Notes under the pieces: generated by a model
Told to the model about the DNA's origin: nothing
What the model saw: the letters and a program-made list of their open reading frames with translations, nothing else
Databases searched by the model: none
Source of the DNA: Eledone cirrhosa
Taxonomy: Eukaryota
DNA: 64,000 bases
Direction: 5' to 3'
Assembly: GCA_964016885.1 (NCBI GenBank)
Contig: OZ024743.1
Coordinates: 363,134,001 to 363,198,000 of the forward strand
Shown here: piece after piece, positions 25,168-35,577 of the stretch
Layout: the number at the start of each line of letters is the position of its first letter
Position numbering within the stretch: the stretch's first letter is position 1
Program-made: the position numbers and the translations under genes

Positions 25168-26225
25168 GGGTCATGGAGGCGTGGTCCTCAAATACTCCTT
25201 CCATTGGGTTCTGTAAGAAGCAACTATTACCAACTGATCCAGCTAGATCCTCAAGTAAAACCAGCTGAGCTCATGGATGTTATCCAACCATCTTGCTCGG
25301 TTCATTTTGCCTATCAGATCTGTCCAGCAATCCTTTTCTGAGACATTCTAACCACATGCCCCTAATATCGGAGCTTTGATCTCTCAATTCAGAGAAGTAG
25401 CAGTTCTACATGAAGAGACACCCTGATCTCTGAGCTACACACACACTATCAAGTAACTTCACTCCAAAGACCTTTCAGAGAAACACCATTTCGTCTACTT
25501 GTATTTACGATTGTATTGTTTGGGTCATTACCCAAGATTTGTGACCATAGTTAAAGGTTGGCTCAAATTCCAAATTGAAGATAGCAAGTTTGGCTTTTAC
25601 ACCTACCAATCTTCTTTTGATTACTGAATGCTGAAGCTAATGTATTACTGCACCAGCTTCTGCAATTCTTGCACTTAATTCAGCCTCCAGCATTCCATCA
25701 TTCTTGAACATTGCACAGGCTTCCTTGAGAGGATAAGTGTCTCAGTTTTTGAAGTACTGAGTTTCCTTCGAGCCCTGCAGCACTCAGCATCAAATCTATC
25801 AAGTGTAAATCAGAGATCACCTTCTGTTGCGTAAAGTAATGTCATGTCATCTGTAAATTCTAGCCAACTGATTTTACACTTGCCAGTTGTGATAAGATTT
25901 CCAACCCGGCTGAGCATGTCAATCCTGTTCATGAAAATAATTGTTTCTACTTTTTGGATTTGAACTCAGAATGGCAAGGGTAAAATAATGAACATGAGAG
26001 ATGACAGTAAAAACCCTTGGTGGAGTCTGACTTCCACCTTGAATGGTTTTGATTTAGCACCATTTATCCAAACACAAATACTCAGGCATTTGCATAGAGA
26101 TATCAAGGCAACAGGAAGCTGACCATCGATCCAATACTCTTGCAGAACATTCCACAGCAGGTCCCGTGAAATATGGTCATATGCCTTTTTGAGTACTACA
26201 AAGCAAGAATACACCTTTTGGCAGT
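25168..26225 (-). mobile_element. Rex3/Expander-like RTE fragment
   Basis: CFVVLKKAYDHISRDLLWNVLQEY...; homologous to 48400-50090 and 63311-64000. Confidence 0.78.
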
Positions 26226-26729
26226 ACTCATAATGAGAAGTCCTCCTTCACACCTGCTATCAGGAATGCATCTGGGGTTCTCTCTTCAGAAAGATGCATT
26301 CTTGTGAGGTTGAGAGTTTTTAATCTGTTGTAGGTGGGATTTTCCAGTTCTTCAGTATAATTTTGTGGGTAAAAACAGGTTGAGGAACTGAAGACTATTT
26401 TCAGTATATTCTATCTTTTCACTGTACCCAACTGACAACCTTTGAGCCATATACATAGGATCAAGATCTTTCATTTCTTGGAAAAATGTGTGCCACTATC
26501 TAGCAAGTTTAATGTCTGATCTTTTATCTGGTTTAGGAAATGCTTTTAAATCAGCATGCCAACATTCCCATGTAGGATCTGACCTCCTTCTGTTGGCTTT
26601 GTTAGGTCCATGTGATCTCAGCCTCACATATCATGGATGCTGCATTATATGCTTTGTCAAGGAGACATGTCTCCAGTTCTATGCATGAGAAATCTGTGGT
26701 GTAGGAACTGATGTATTTGGTGGTAATGT

Positions 26730-26885
26730 AGAATCTAGTGTTTCTGGCATAGGCATAACCAATTTCAATGGTATGTCTTTTTAAGATTTGTCTATATTTA
26801 TGATCTACAGTGAAATATTTGTCTGTAGGACCTAAGAATCTCTTTCCTACATTAGTCTGAACATTTCTATTATATCTAGTACCAA
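26730..26885 (-). mobile_element. Penelope-like element ORF remnant
   Basis: YNRNVQTNVGKRFL..DKYF...YRQILKRHTIEIGY resembles the PLE RT-EN linker pattern (..NVKTNIGK.FL.LIDKHF...IFNRNT.K.SYS), matched from memory. Confidence 0.6.
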
Positions 26886-27005
26886 GGTGTTGGTCAGGGG
26901 AGTAGAAGATCTTATCTTTAAAGCTGCTGTTGGCCATTATTGAAGTAGTGAGCTGCTCTATCAAAGATATCTTTATTTGAAGAGAAGTTTGAAATTGTTT
27001 TATTA

Positions 27006-27262
27006 TCAGATTCCTGAATACTGTAGATGGGTGACATGATTATCTGTTGATGTAGCTAAGCTGCTCATTGGCTTGTGGTTAGGTTTACCACAAACCATAT
27101 GAAAACTATGGGTACAAAAATGATGTAGAGGGATCCCAGTAGATCTTTTCAGTACCCAAACTTTACATAGGGTTTGTGATAATCCTAACCTCAAAGCCAA
27201 TGAGCAGCTTAGCTACATCAACAGAAGATCATGTCACTCATCCATAGCCTTCAGGAATTTGA
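27006..27262. repeat. Imperfect inverted repeat, ~115-bp arms
   Basis: tctgttgatgtagctaagctgctcattggctt / aagccaatgagcagcttagctacatcaacaga. Confidence 0.9.
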
Positions 27263-27539
27263 CATCAAATGTGACAGGTGCACTGGAGCAATAAGCAGCA
27301 AGAGTGCACATGAAATAGTCTCTATCAAATGCTTAAATGGCTCTCTAGAGTTGATGGAGATTAGGAAGGGCATCCAACCATAGAAACGATGCCAAAATGG
27401 AATGTTTGAGTGAGATACAGTCATGTGACCTGTTTAGCCTCAGTACATGACAGCTCATATAAATCATCCTATCATGCAAAATAGGCATAAAATTGTGATG
27501 ATAATAATGATGACATATATCTTTTTATTTTTATTTCAG

Positions 27540-27635
27540 CAACAAAATCCGTGATCTTCCTGCCTGGATTGCTGAGTGTTTCTTCATGGCAAGATTGGAA
27601 GTTAGTCATAACCTATTAAACCGCTTACCCAATCT
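27540..27635 (+). CDS. PHLPP: PHLPP exon 8 (LRR)
   Basis: tttcag|C...CT|gtgagt, 96 nt; HNKIRDLPAWIAECFFMARLEVSHNLLNRLPN. Confidence 0.92.
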
Positions 27636-28380
27636 GTGAGTTTTTCTGGCAAACTTTTAACTTCAATCAATTTTAGCAAATATCTCAAGAGGACTCTTCA
27701 GTTATGTTAATGTCATGACAACCTTTCTAGCATTTATCTAGACTCTGTAATATAGATGGTGGTAGCAAGGGCAGTCAGTCATAGAAAACCTGCCAAACAA
27801 AGTACAAGAGGACTCTTCAGCTGTGTCGAAGACAAGACAACCTACTGTGTGATGGTGCTGTGATAAGATGCACCTGTTGCACTCTGTAGAATGCAGAAAT
27901 ATATATAAATGAGAAGAAAGCCCACAGCCTGTCTAAGAGGTCAATAGTTCTGATTATATATCTGCCTCATGCTATCTGTTCACTGCAAAATTCAAACTCA
28001 TTTCACCTCAACTGGTCCTGCTCTCTTTAATATCATGCTGAAATACTTCAAGACAGAAACAGATTGCAAATATTGAAAAGTTCCTTGAACAAATTCCTTC
28101 AATAAATCCTGGATAAAACCCCTACATCCATATATGTCTCCAAAAACAACAACTCTTTACTAGAGTGGGCCATGGTGTCTATAATATGAGTATGACTTGA
28201 TTGTGAACCCATAATCTAAAAGACTTTGCCAGTTGGTGCTATTAAGATAGAAATGGCCTCAACCAACACTGGCTGAAACAAGGAAAATTATCAAAGTTAT
28301 TATATATATATGTGTTACTGAGGAAGAATGAACGTTAAATGCTGATGATGATAATGTATATGTGTATATATATATATATA

Positions 28381-31300
28381 GCGTATTTTCAAAACAATCC
28401 ATATTTCGTAGCAAGTCCAAATAGCCAATCTATCGCTAAAACAAACTACATTTTCTGTTTCTATTAAGTGCTAAATACGTTTAGGTTTTTGGACGTATTT
28501 AACAGAACAAATTTTGTATTTTTGTTAATCGCTTGTTACATGCATGGACCCCCTATCAATCATTACCTTCTTGCTAGCTACCCAACACCCCTCCCTCCCA
28601 CCCCCACACACCACCATTGCTATTACGTGGACCAATCATAAAACAGAGCCCCCACGCATCACCAGTATTACTACGCGGACCAATCAGAAACCAGAGGCCT
28701 ATACTATCGCTTGCCTGGTTGCCTTTCGATATACGATATATGATGGATGGATGGACTGCGGAATCCTGGAGAGTGGAGGTGAGAGAGAAAAATCTGGACG
28801 CTCAGCGACAATGCCAAAGATAAAGACAAATTCACCCCTTGGACGAGAATGCGAGCACTCCTCATTGTTTCGACCGCGGACGGCTAACATAACCCCATCG
28901 CCCCCCGCCCCTCACCGCCCCCAACCCCCAAACGCAATCCAAAACTTCAGAGTTGGTACCATAAATGTAGGCACCCTAAAGGGTCGCGCCAACGAGGTTG
29001 TAGAAATGCTTGAACGTAAGGAGGTCGATGTTTGTTGTATTCAAGAGACCAGGTGGAGGGGTGGGTCTGCTAGGTTCATTGAGGGTAAAAAACGTTGTTA
29101 TAAGCTTTTCTGGGTGGGAAACGACGATGGGCTGGGTGGAGTAGGAATCATGGTAGCAGAAAAGTGGGCAGATAAGATAATAGACGTAAATAGAGTGTAC
29201 GACAGAATAATTAAAATACGACTTGTCCTCAATAGAACTACGGTGACAGTAATATCTGCGTACGCACCCCAATCCGGACTGCCCGGCACTATAAAAGACA
29301 GATTCTATGAGACACTGATGCTAACTACCTCCCAAATATCCGACAGTGACTATATAATTATCGCAGGCGACCTAAGTGGTCACGTTGGACAACATTGTGA
29401 CGGCTACGACGAAATCCATGGAGGCTATGGGTTTGGTACTAGAAATGAGGAAGGCTCCAGAATCCTGGAATTCTGTGATGCAAATAACCTAACCATCTGT
29501 AACACTAACTTCAAAAAACGTGACAATCACCTGATCACCTATAGATCCGGGGAACACACAAGCCAGGTAGATTATATCCTTACCAGAAGACGTGACAGAG
29601 TGTCTGTTGTTAACACTAAATCCCTCCCCCATGAAGAATGCACCTCCCAACATAGACTGATAATTAGCGACCTCATAGTCAGGACGAGACGTACTCGACA
29701 ACAGAAAAGGACTATCCTCAGGAGGAAAATATGGAAGCTAAAGGACCCCACAGCCAGGAATAAATTTCAAAGCATATTACTTGATGCTTTCGACAGTAAG
29801 GAAGAACATTTAGAGTCGGACAATATAGAGGGAGAGTGGGAATTTCTGAAAGCAAACCTGCTGTTGGCGACAGACGAGGTCTGTGGCTGGAGCAGGCCTG
29901 TAGGCAGGAGGAGAGTAACATGGTGGTGGAACAGTAAGGTGGAGGGGTCAATTAAGGCCAAAAAGCAGGCTTGGAAAGTATGGCGGGATGGGGGAAGTAG
30001 AGAGGACTATCAAGTGGCCAGGAGGGAAGCTAGGAGACAAGTGTACTTAGCAAGAAGGGAAGCTGAGGAAAGAAAGTTCAAGCATGTTCTACAACGCGAT
30101 GACCAAAAACGTGAGGTGTTCAGGATTGCTAGGCAATGCGTCAAGGAAAACCGTGATATTGTCGGGGAGAAGTGTGTACTAAACGACGATGGCACACTTG
30201 CCATCACCGACGCTGATAAGAAGGTAGCTTGGAAGTGTCACTATGAAAGGCTTCTAAATGAGGAGAATAATTGGGAGAAAGGCAGTCTCCCCCATATCGA
30301 CCCAATAGAGGGACCAGCAGTGTTAGTCGAGGGGAGTATAATAAGTAAGGCAATCAAGGATATGAAGACTGGTAAGGCGGCTGGGCCTTCGGAAATAGTT
30401 GCTGAGATGCTGAAGGCATCTGGCACGGTGGGACACACCATGGTCACCCGCATAGTTAACCAAGTCGTACAGAACGGGGTTGTTCCGAAGGACTGGCATA
30501 GCAGCATCATCGTTAACTGTTATAAGGGTAAAGGAGACGCCCTAGATAGGAGTAACTATAGAGGCATTAAATTAATCGACCAGGTCATGAAGGTCACGGA
30601 AAGAGTAATAGCGCAACTAATCAGAGAGAGAATTGACCTAGATGAAATGCAGTTCGGGTTTGTGTCAGGCAAAAGTACCACAGACGCTCTTTTCATAGTA
30701 CGACAACTACAGGAGAAGTACCTAGCTAAAGGTAAACCCCTCTACTTAGCTTTTGTCGACTTGGAGAAAGCCTTCGACAGAGTCCCCCGCTCCATTATCT
30801 GGTGGGCTCTTAGAAAACTAGGCGTTGACGAATGGCTTGTGAGGGCTATACAAGCCATGTATAAAGAAACAGTCAGCAAGGTTAGAATTAACAACGAATA
30901 TAGTGAAGAGTTTAGCGTAAAAGTCGGCGTCCATCAGGGCTCTGTTCTCAGTCCACTACTATTTATTATTGCCCTTCAGGCTATAACAGAGGAGTTCAAG
31001 ACAGGCTGCCCATGGGAACTCCTATACGCAGACGACCTGACACTCATAGCGGAATCAATGGCCGAGCTAGAGAAGAAATTCCAAACATGGAAGCACGGCC
31101 TAGAGTCAAAAGGACTTAAAATTAACCTGGCTAAGACCAAAGTACTAGTTTGTAGGAAAGAAAACAAGGCGGCGGTCCCTTCGGGGAAATGGTCGTGCTC
31201 GGTGTGTAGGAAAGGCGTAGGTAGAAACTCCATTTTATGTCCTAAATGCAAAGTATGGGTGCATAAAAGATGTAGTGGGATCACAGGTAAGCTAACTAAG

Positions 31301-32380
31301 AACATAGATTTTACATGTGGCCGGTGCTCTGGTGCAATAAGTAGCAGCAAGTGCCCACAAACTACTAGCTCTTTCAATTGCGCAGAGGGTTCTATAGAAA
31401 TAGTGGACAGCTTCCGTTACCTGGGCGATAAAATCAGCAGTGGGGGAGGGTGCTCTGAAAGTACTGTAGCTAGAGTCAGAACTGGTTGGAAAAAGTTCAG
31501 AGAGCTTATACCACTATTAGCTGCTAAAGGGTTCTCACTAAAAATGAAAGGCAGGTTGTACGATGCCTGCATACGAACAGCAATGCTGCATGGCAGTGAG
31601 ACCTGGGCATTGTGTGCAGAGGATATACGCAGACTAGAGAGGAACGAAGCTTGCATGCTCCGCTGGATGTGTAACAGTAATATACGTGAACGGCAAAGCA
31701 TAAACGAACTAAGGAATAAATTAGAGATAAGAGGGATCAGATGTTGTTTACTCGAGAGAAGGCTACGTTGGTATGGACACGTGATGCGCATGAAAGTCGA
31801 TAGCTGTATAACAAAGTGCAGGGCAATAAAGATAGACGGTAGTCACGGAATAGGCAGACCTAGAAAAACCTGGGACGAGCTGATAAACTCCGACATCACA
31901 CACTTACACCTCTCCAAGACAATGTCACTGGACCGAGACCTTTGGCGGTACTCAGTAACAGAGAAGACCCGCCTTACCTAAATATATAGTAAAACCTACT
32001 CCAGCCAGTAGGCATCTCTAACAAAATACACCCCGTCCCACCACCCCCACCCCCACCCGATCCACACCACCCCGTTCTATGTAAAGTTATGTTGGTGCCG
32101 CGCCATCGAGGCCGAAACAAATGAGATCGTGTAGGTGTCACGACAAAAAAACACACAGTCCACGCTGTAATGTGGCCGTGTAGGCAACACGGTAAAAACC
32201 TCCCAGACCCACACTGTAAATGTGGTTGGTGTTAGGAAGGGCATCCAACTGTAGAAAACCTGCCAGACAGTCCTATGCGAGCAAGACAATCACTCTTGCC
32301 TCAAGTGGGACTACCCCCGTCCAAACCCATGCAAGCGTGGAACACGGACGTTAAACGTTGATGATGATGATGATGATGAT
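28381..32380 (+). mobile_element. Full-length RTE-clade LINE (subfamily A) in PHLPP intron 8
   Basis: Starts directly after (TA)n, has a single long ORF, a ~400-nt 3' UTR and a (GAT)n tail ending near 32380; CpG-rich relative to the flanks. Confidence 0.92.
28544..31981 (+). CDS. RTE ORF: APE endonuclease plus reverse transcriptase with inserted PHD-type finger
   Basis: Uninterrupted 1145 codons: TINVGTL, CIQETR, AYAPQ, AGDLSGH, VDYIL, SQHRL (EN); NYRGIKL, QFGF, FVDLEKAFDRV, GVHQGSVLSP, YADD, YLG (RT); RLRWYGHV and GRPRKTW (RTE C-terminus). The true start may be ATG 28811. Confidence 0.93.
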   Translation: MDPLSIITFLLATQHPSLPPPHTTIAITWTNHKTEPPRITSITTRTNQKPEAYTIACLVAFRYTIYDGWMDCGILESGGEREKSGRSATMPKIKTNSPLGRECEHSSLFRPRTANITPSPPAPHRPQPPNAIQNFRVGTINVGTLKGRANEVVEMLERKEVDVCCIQETRWRGGSARFIEGKKRCYKLFWVGNDDGLGGVGIMVAEKWADKIIDVNRVYDRIIKIRLVLNRTTVTVISAYAPQSGLPGTIKDRFYETLMLTTSQISDSDYIIIAGDLSGHVGQHCDGYDEIHGGYGFGTRNEEGSRILEFCDANNLTICNTNFKKRDNHLITYRSGEHTSQVDYILTRRRDRVSVVNTKSLPHEECTSQHRLIISDLIVRTRRTRQQKRTILRRKIWKLKDPTARNKFQSILLDAFDSKEEHLESDNIEGEWEFLKANLLLATDEVCGWSRPVGRRRVTWWWNSKVEGSIKAKKQAWKVWRDGGSREDYQVARREARRQVYLARREAEERKFKHVLQRDDQKREVFRIARQCVKENRDIVGEKCVLNDDGTLAITDADKKVAWKCHYERLLNEENNWEKGSLPHIDPIEGPAVLVEGSIISKAIKDMKTGKAAGPSEIVAEMLKASGTVGHTMVTRIVNQVVQNGVVPKDWHSSIIVNCYKGKGDALDRSNYRGIKLIDQVMKVTERVIAQLIRERIDLDEMQFGFVSGKSTTDALFIVRQLQEKYLAKGKPLYLAFVDLEKAFDRVPRSIIWWALRKLGVDEWLVRAIQAMYKETVSKVRINNEYSEEFSVKVGVHQGSVLSPLLFIIALQAITEEFKTGCPWELLYADDLTLIAESMAELEKKFQTWKHGLESKGLKINLAKTKVLVCRKENKAAVPSGKWSCSVCRKGVGRNSILCPKCKVWVHKRCSGITGKLTKNIDFTCGRCSGAISSSKCPQTTSSFNCAEGSIEIVDSFRYLGDKISSGGGCSESTVARVRTGWKKFRELIPLLAAKGFSLKMKGRLYDACIRTAMLHGSETWALCAEDIRRLERNEACMLRWMCNSNIRERQSINELRNKLEIRGIRCCLLERRLRWYGHVMRMKVDSCITKCRAIKIDGSHGIGRPRKTWDELINSDITHLHLSKTMSLDRDLWRYSVTEKTRLT

Positions 32381-32389
32381 ATATAAATA

Positions 32390-32740
32390 ACTTCTTTTTC
32401 ATCCACATATTCCTGAGAGGGTTGTGGGAGCAGAGTCCTCAAATACTTCTTCCATCTCCAACTAATCCAGCTGGATCCCCAAGCAAGACCAGCCAAGTTC
32501 ATGGATGTTATCCCACCATCTTGCTCGGGGTCTACATCTGAGTCTCCTGCTGGTTGGTTTTTGCTTGTAAAATCTGTCCAGCGATTCTTTCCTGAGACAT
32601 TCTAACCACATGCCCATAGTATCGGAGCTATGACCTCTCAATTCAGAGAAGTAGCAGAGCTACCTTATTAAGATCTCCTAACTATGCACTCTATTCAGAA
32701 ACGTTACTCCATGACCCCTTCAGAAGAATCCCATTTTGGC
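32390..32740 (-). mobile_element. Rex3/Expander-like RTE 3' fragment
   Basis: Homologous to 25168-25500. Confidence 0.72.
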
Positions 32741-32757
32741 CCTTAGGGTTAGGGTTA

Positions 32758-32801
<44 letters not shown>

Positions 32802-32806
<5 letters not shown>

Positions 32807-33402
32807 GAATTGTGAGAGAGACTGAGCATAAGAGGAATCAAATGCTGTGTGCAGAAAAGGAGGTTGCATTGGTATGGACATGTGATGCGTATGAAGGATG
32901 ACAGCTGCATAAAAAGGTGCAGAGCACTAGTAGTTGATGGAATCCTTGGAGTGGGAAGACCCAAGAAGAGGTTGTAAAAGCCGACCTTATCCAATTGCAC
33001 CTCTCAAAGGCAATAACACAGGACCATGACCTCTGGCATCATGCAGTAATACAGAAGACCTGACTTCCTACGGGTACAATCCGAAGCTGAAGCATATAGA
33101 AAATATTCCCCCCATCCCCTCCCTCTGCAAAGTGGTCTTGGAGGTGCAACAATAAAAAAGCACCCATTCCACAATGTGAAGCGGTCGTGTAGGCGCCACC
33201 TAAAAAAAACACCCAGCACTCACTGTAAATGAGGTTAGCGTTAGGAAAGGCAACCAGCTGTAGAAAGCAACCCAAAATCAGTTCCCATATGAGCAAGACA
33301 AGGTCACCCGACCAGGCACTGCCCACAATAGGACAACCCATCTAACCCATGCTAGCGTGGCAGAATGGACGTAAAATGGTGATGATGATGATGATGATGA
33401 TA
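32802..33402 (+). mobile_element. 5'-truncated RTE LINE (subfamily B-like)
   Basis: Matches ~36685-37281; starts after (TA)n and ends in (GAT)n. Confidence 0.88.
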
Positions 33403-33406
33403 TATA

Positions 33407-34200
33407 CATCATCATTGTCATTTAACATCCATTTTTCCATGCTATCATGGATTAGATGAGTTGCCAGTTGTGAGACAAGCCAGATAAGATGACTATGTCT
33501 TGCTCATACTGAACTGGGTTTGGCTTGGTTTCTACAACTGGATGCCCTTCCTAACACAGTGTGTGCCGGGTGCTTTTTGTCATGACATCTACATGAAATC
33601 TTTACAGTGTTGGCTGGGTGCTTTTTGACGTGGCACCTGTATGACCACTTTACAGTGTGGGCTGGCTGATTTTTGTTGTGTCACTTACATGACCACTTTA
33701 CAGTGTGGGTTGGGGTTTTTGGTGGGGGGAGGTGTGAAGGACAGAGTGTTCGGGTGTGGATGAAGTTTACAACGTGGGTGGAGTATTAAGATGTGGGAGG
33801 TACAAGAGGGGAAGTACGTGGATGAAGGGATGGGTGTCAGGATGTGAAGGTATATGGGAGGGGGACAGGAAGTTAGTGCATACAAGATGTATACTTGAAC
33901 CCATGCACATGGGAAGATGGATCTTCTGTATTACTGTATAATGCCAGATCTCGATCCTGTGTCATCACCTTCATGAAGTGCAATTGTGCAAGGTCAGCTT
34001 TTATCACCTCATCTCAAGTCTTCCTAAGTCTTCTTACTCCATAACTTCCATCAACTTTGAGCACACTGCACCTTTTTATACAGTGGTTATCCTTCATAGG
34101 CATCACATGTCCATACCAAAGCATTCTCCTGTTCTGCACACTCCATCTGATTCCTCTTATGTCCAGTTCATCTCTCAGTTCATATATGCTTTTTGTATTC
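33407..34200 (-). mobile_element. Decayed RTE 3' fragment, tail-to-tail with the previous copy
   Basis: (CAT)n tail and 3' UTR repeats; ELRDELDIRGIRWSVQNRRMLWYGHV on the minus strand. Confidence 0.82.
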
Positions 34201-34609
34201 ATTGAACCTGACTTTGGAATCAAGTTGGTGAATCAACAGTAACATAAGGTTACAATCCATTAAACTATATATACAACAGTAAAGTGGTCATTTTGGTGCC
34301 ATGATAAAAAGCACCAGTACACAGTGTAAATGTGGTTGGTGTTAGAAAGGGCATCCAGCTGTAGAAACCAAGCCAGGCTCAGTTCTGTATGAGCAAGACG
34401 TGGTCATTTGATTTGGCTTATCTCACAATAGGACAACTCATTTAATCTATGCTAGTGTGGAAAAATGGACTTTAAATGGTGATGATGATATGATGATGAT
34501 TATCATCATTATCACCGGTTAACATCTATTTTTTCTCCTAGCAAGGGATATATATATGGTATATGGTATTTAAAGTTTACATGAATTCTTTGAATTTCTC
34601 TATTTCCAG

Positions 34610-34768
34610 GATATTTACAACAGCCCAAAAGCTGCAAGACCTGCGAGCTCATCACAACTGTATACGAAGGCTGCCCCCCACTGTTAAAAATTGTTCTCTG
34701 ATAATGTTACAACTTCAACACAATTTTATTGAAGATTTACCTCAAGACTTCTTCATCAACACCAGCAA
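34610..34768 (+). CDS. PHLPP: PHLPP exon 9 (LRR)
   Basis: ttccag|G...AA|gtaatt, 159 nt; IFTTAQKLQDLRAHHNCIRRLP...LQHNFIEDLP. Confidence 0.92.
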
Positions 34769-34952
34769 GTAATTATAACCAACAACTCTATTTCTGTCTT
34801 TAATATGATTATGTAGTTGACTTCTTACACAACTTATTATGTAACTCTTTAACTTTGTCTTAAACTTTATGATCTTGGAATCAGTTGTTTACACATTACT
34901 TTTGAGAATAGAAATTTATTGGGTTTAATATGAAGACAAACAACTCCAACAT

Positions 34953-34993
<41 letters not shown>

Positions 34994-35198
34994 AGATCCT
35001 GAGTTAAATCAGAGGTAAACACAGATAAAAAGGAACTAAATACATTAGAAGAGTGTAAACATACTTATGTATATATAAGTGTGTATAATATGTATATATG
35101 TGTTTTCTTACAACACTGTGATAGATTTAACAGGATCTACGGGGGGGTTATGGGTTTGGTGCTATAAATGTGGATATGTAGGATGTGCATATGTAGGA

Positions 35199-35243
<45 letters not shown>

Positions 35244-35532
35244 TCACTATTTAACATCCATTTTCCATGCTAGGTTGGGTTAGACGAGCTGTCCTATTGT
35301 GAGACAAACCAGAAACCATGCCCACATGTGGGGGTGCATGTGGGTAGGTGCAGCAGTATTAAGTTAATGTGTCTCTTTCCTTGTACACAGTGCATTGCCT
35401 CAGAGCCTCTGCAATGCATCTGCTTTCTGCCGCACTTGCTTCCTCAAAGATTTTGCTTCACCATGTTGGGCAGTCCGGAGCAACTGATTCCAAGATACTG
35501 GGATTGAAGTCAAGGGTTTTATACATACATGC

Positions 35533-35574
<42 letters not shown>

Positions 35575-35577
<3 letters not shown>

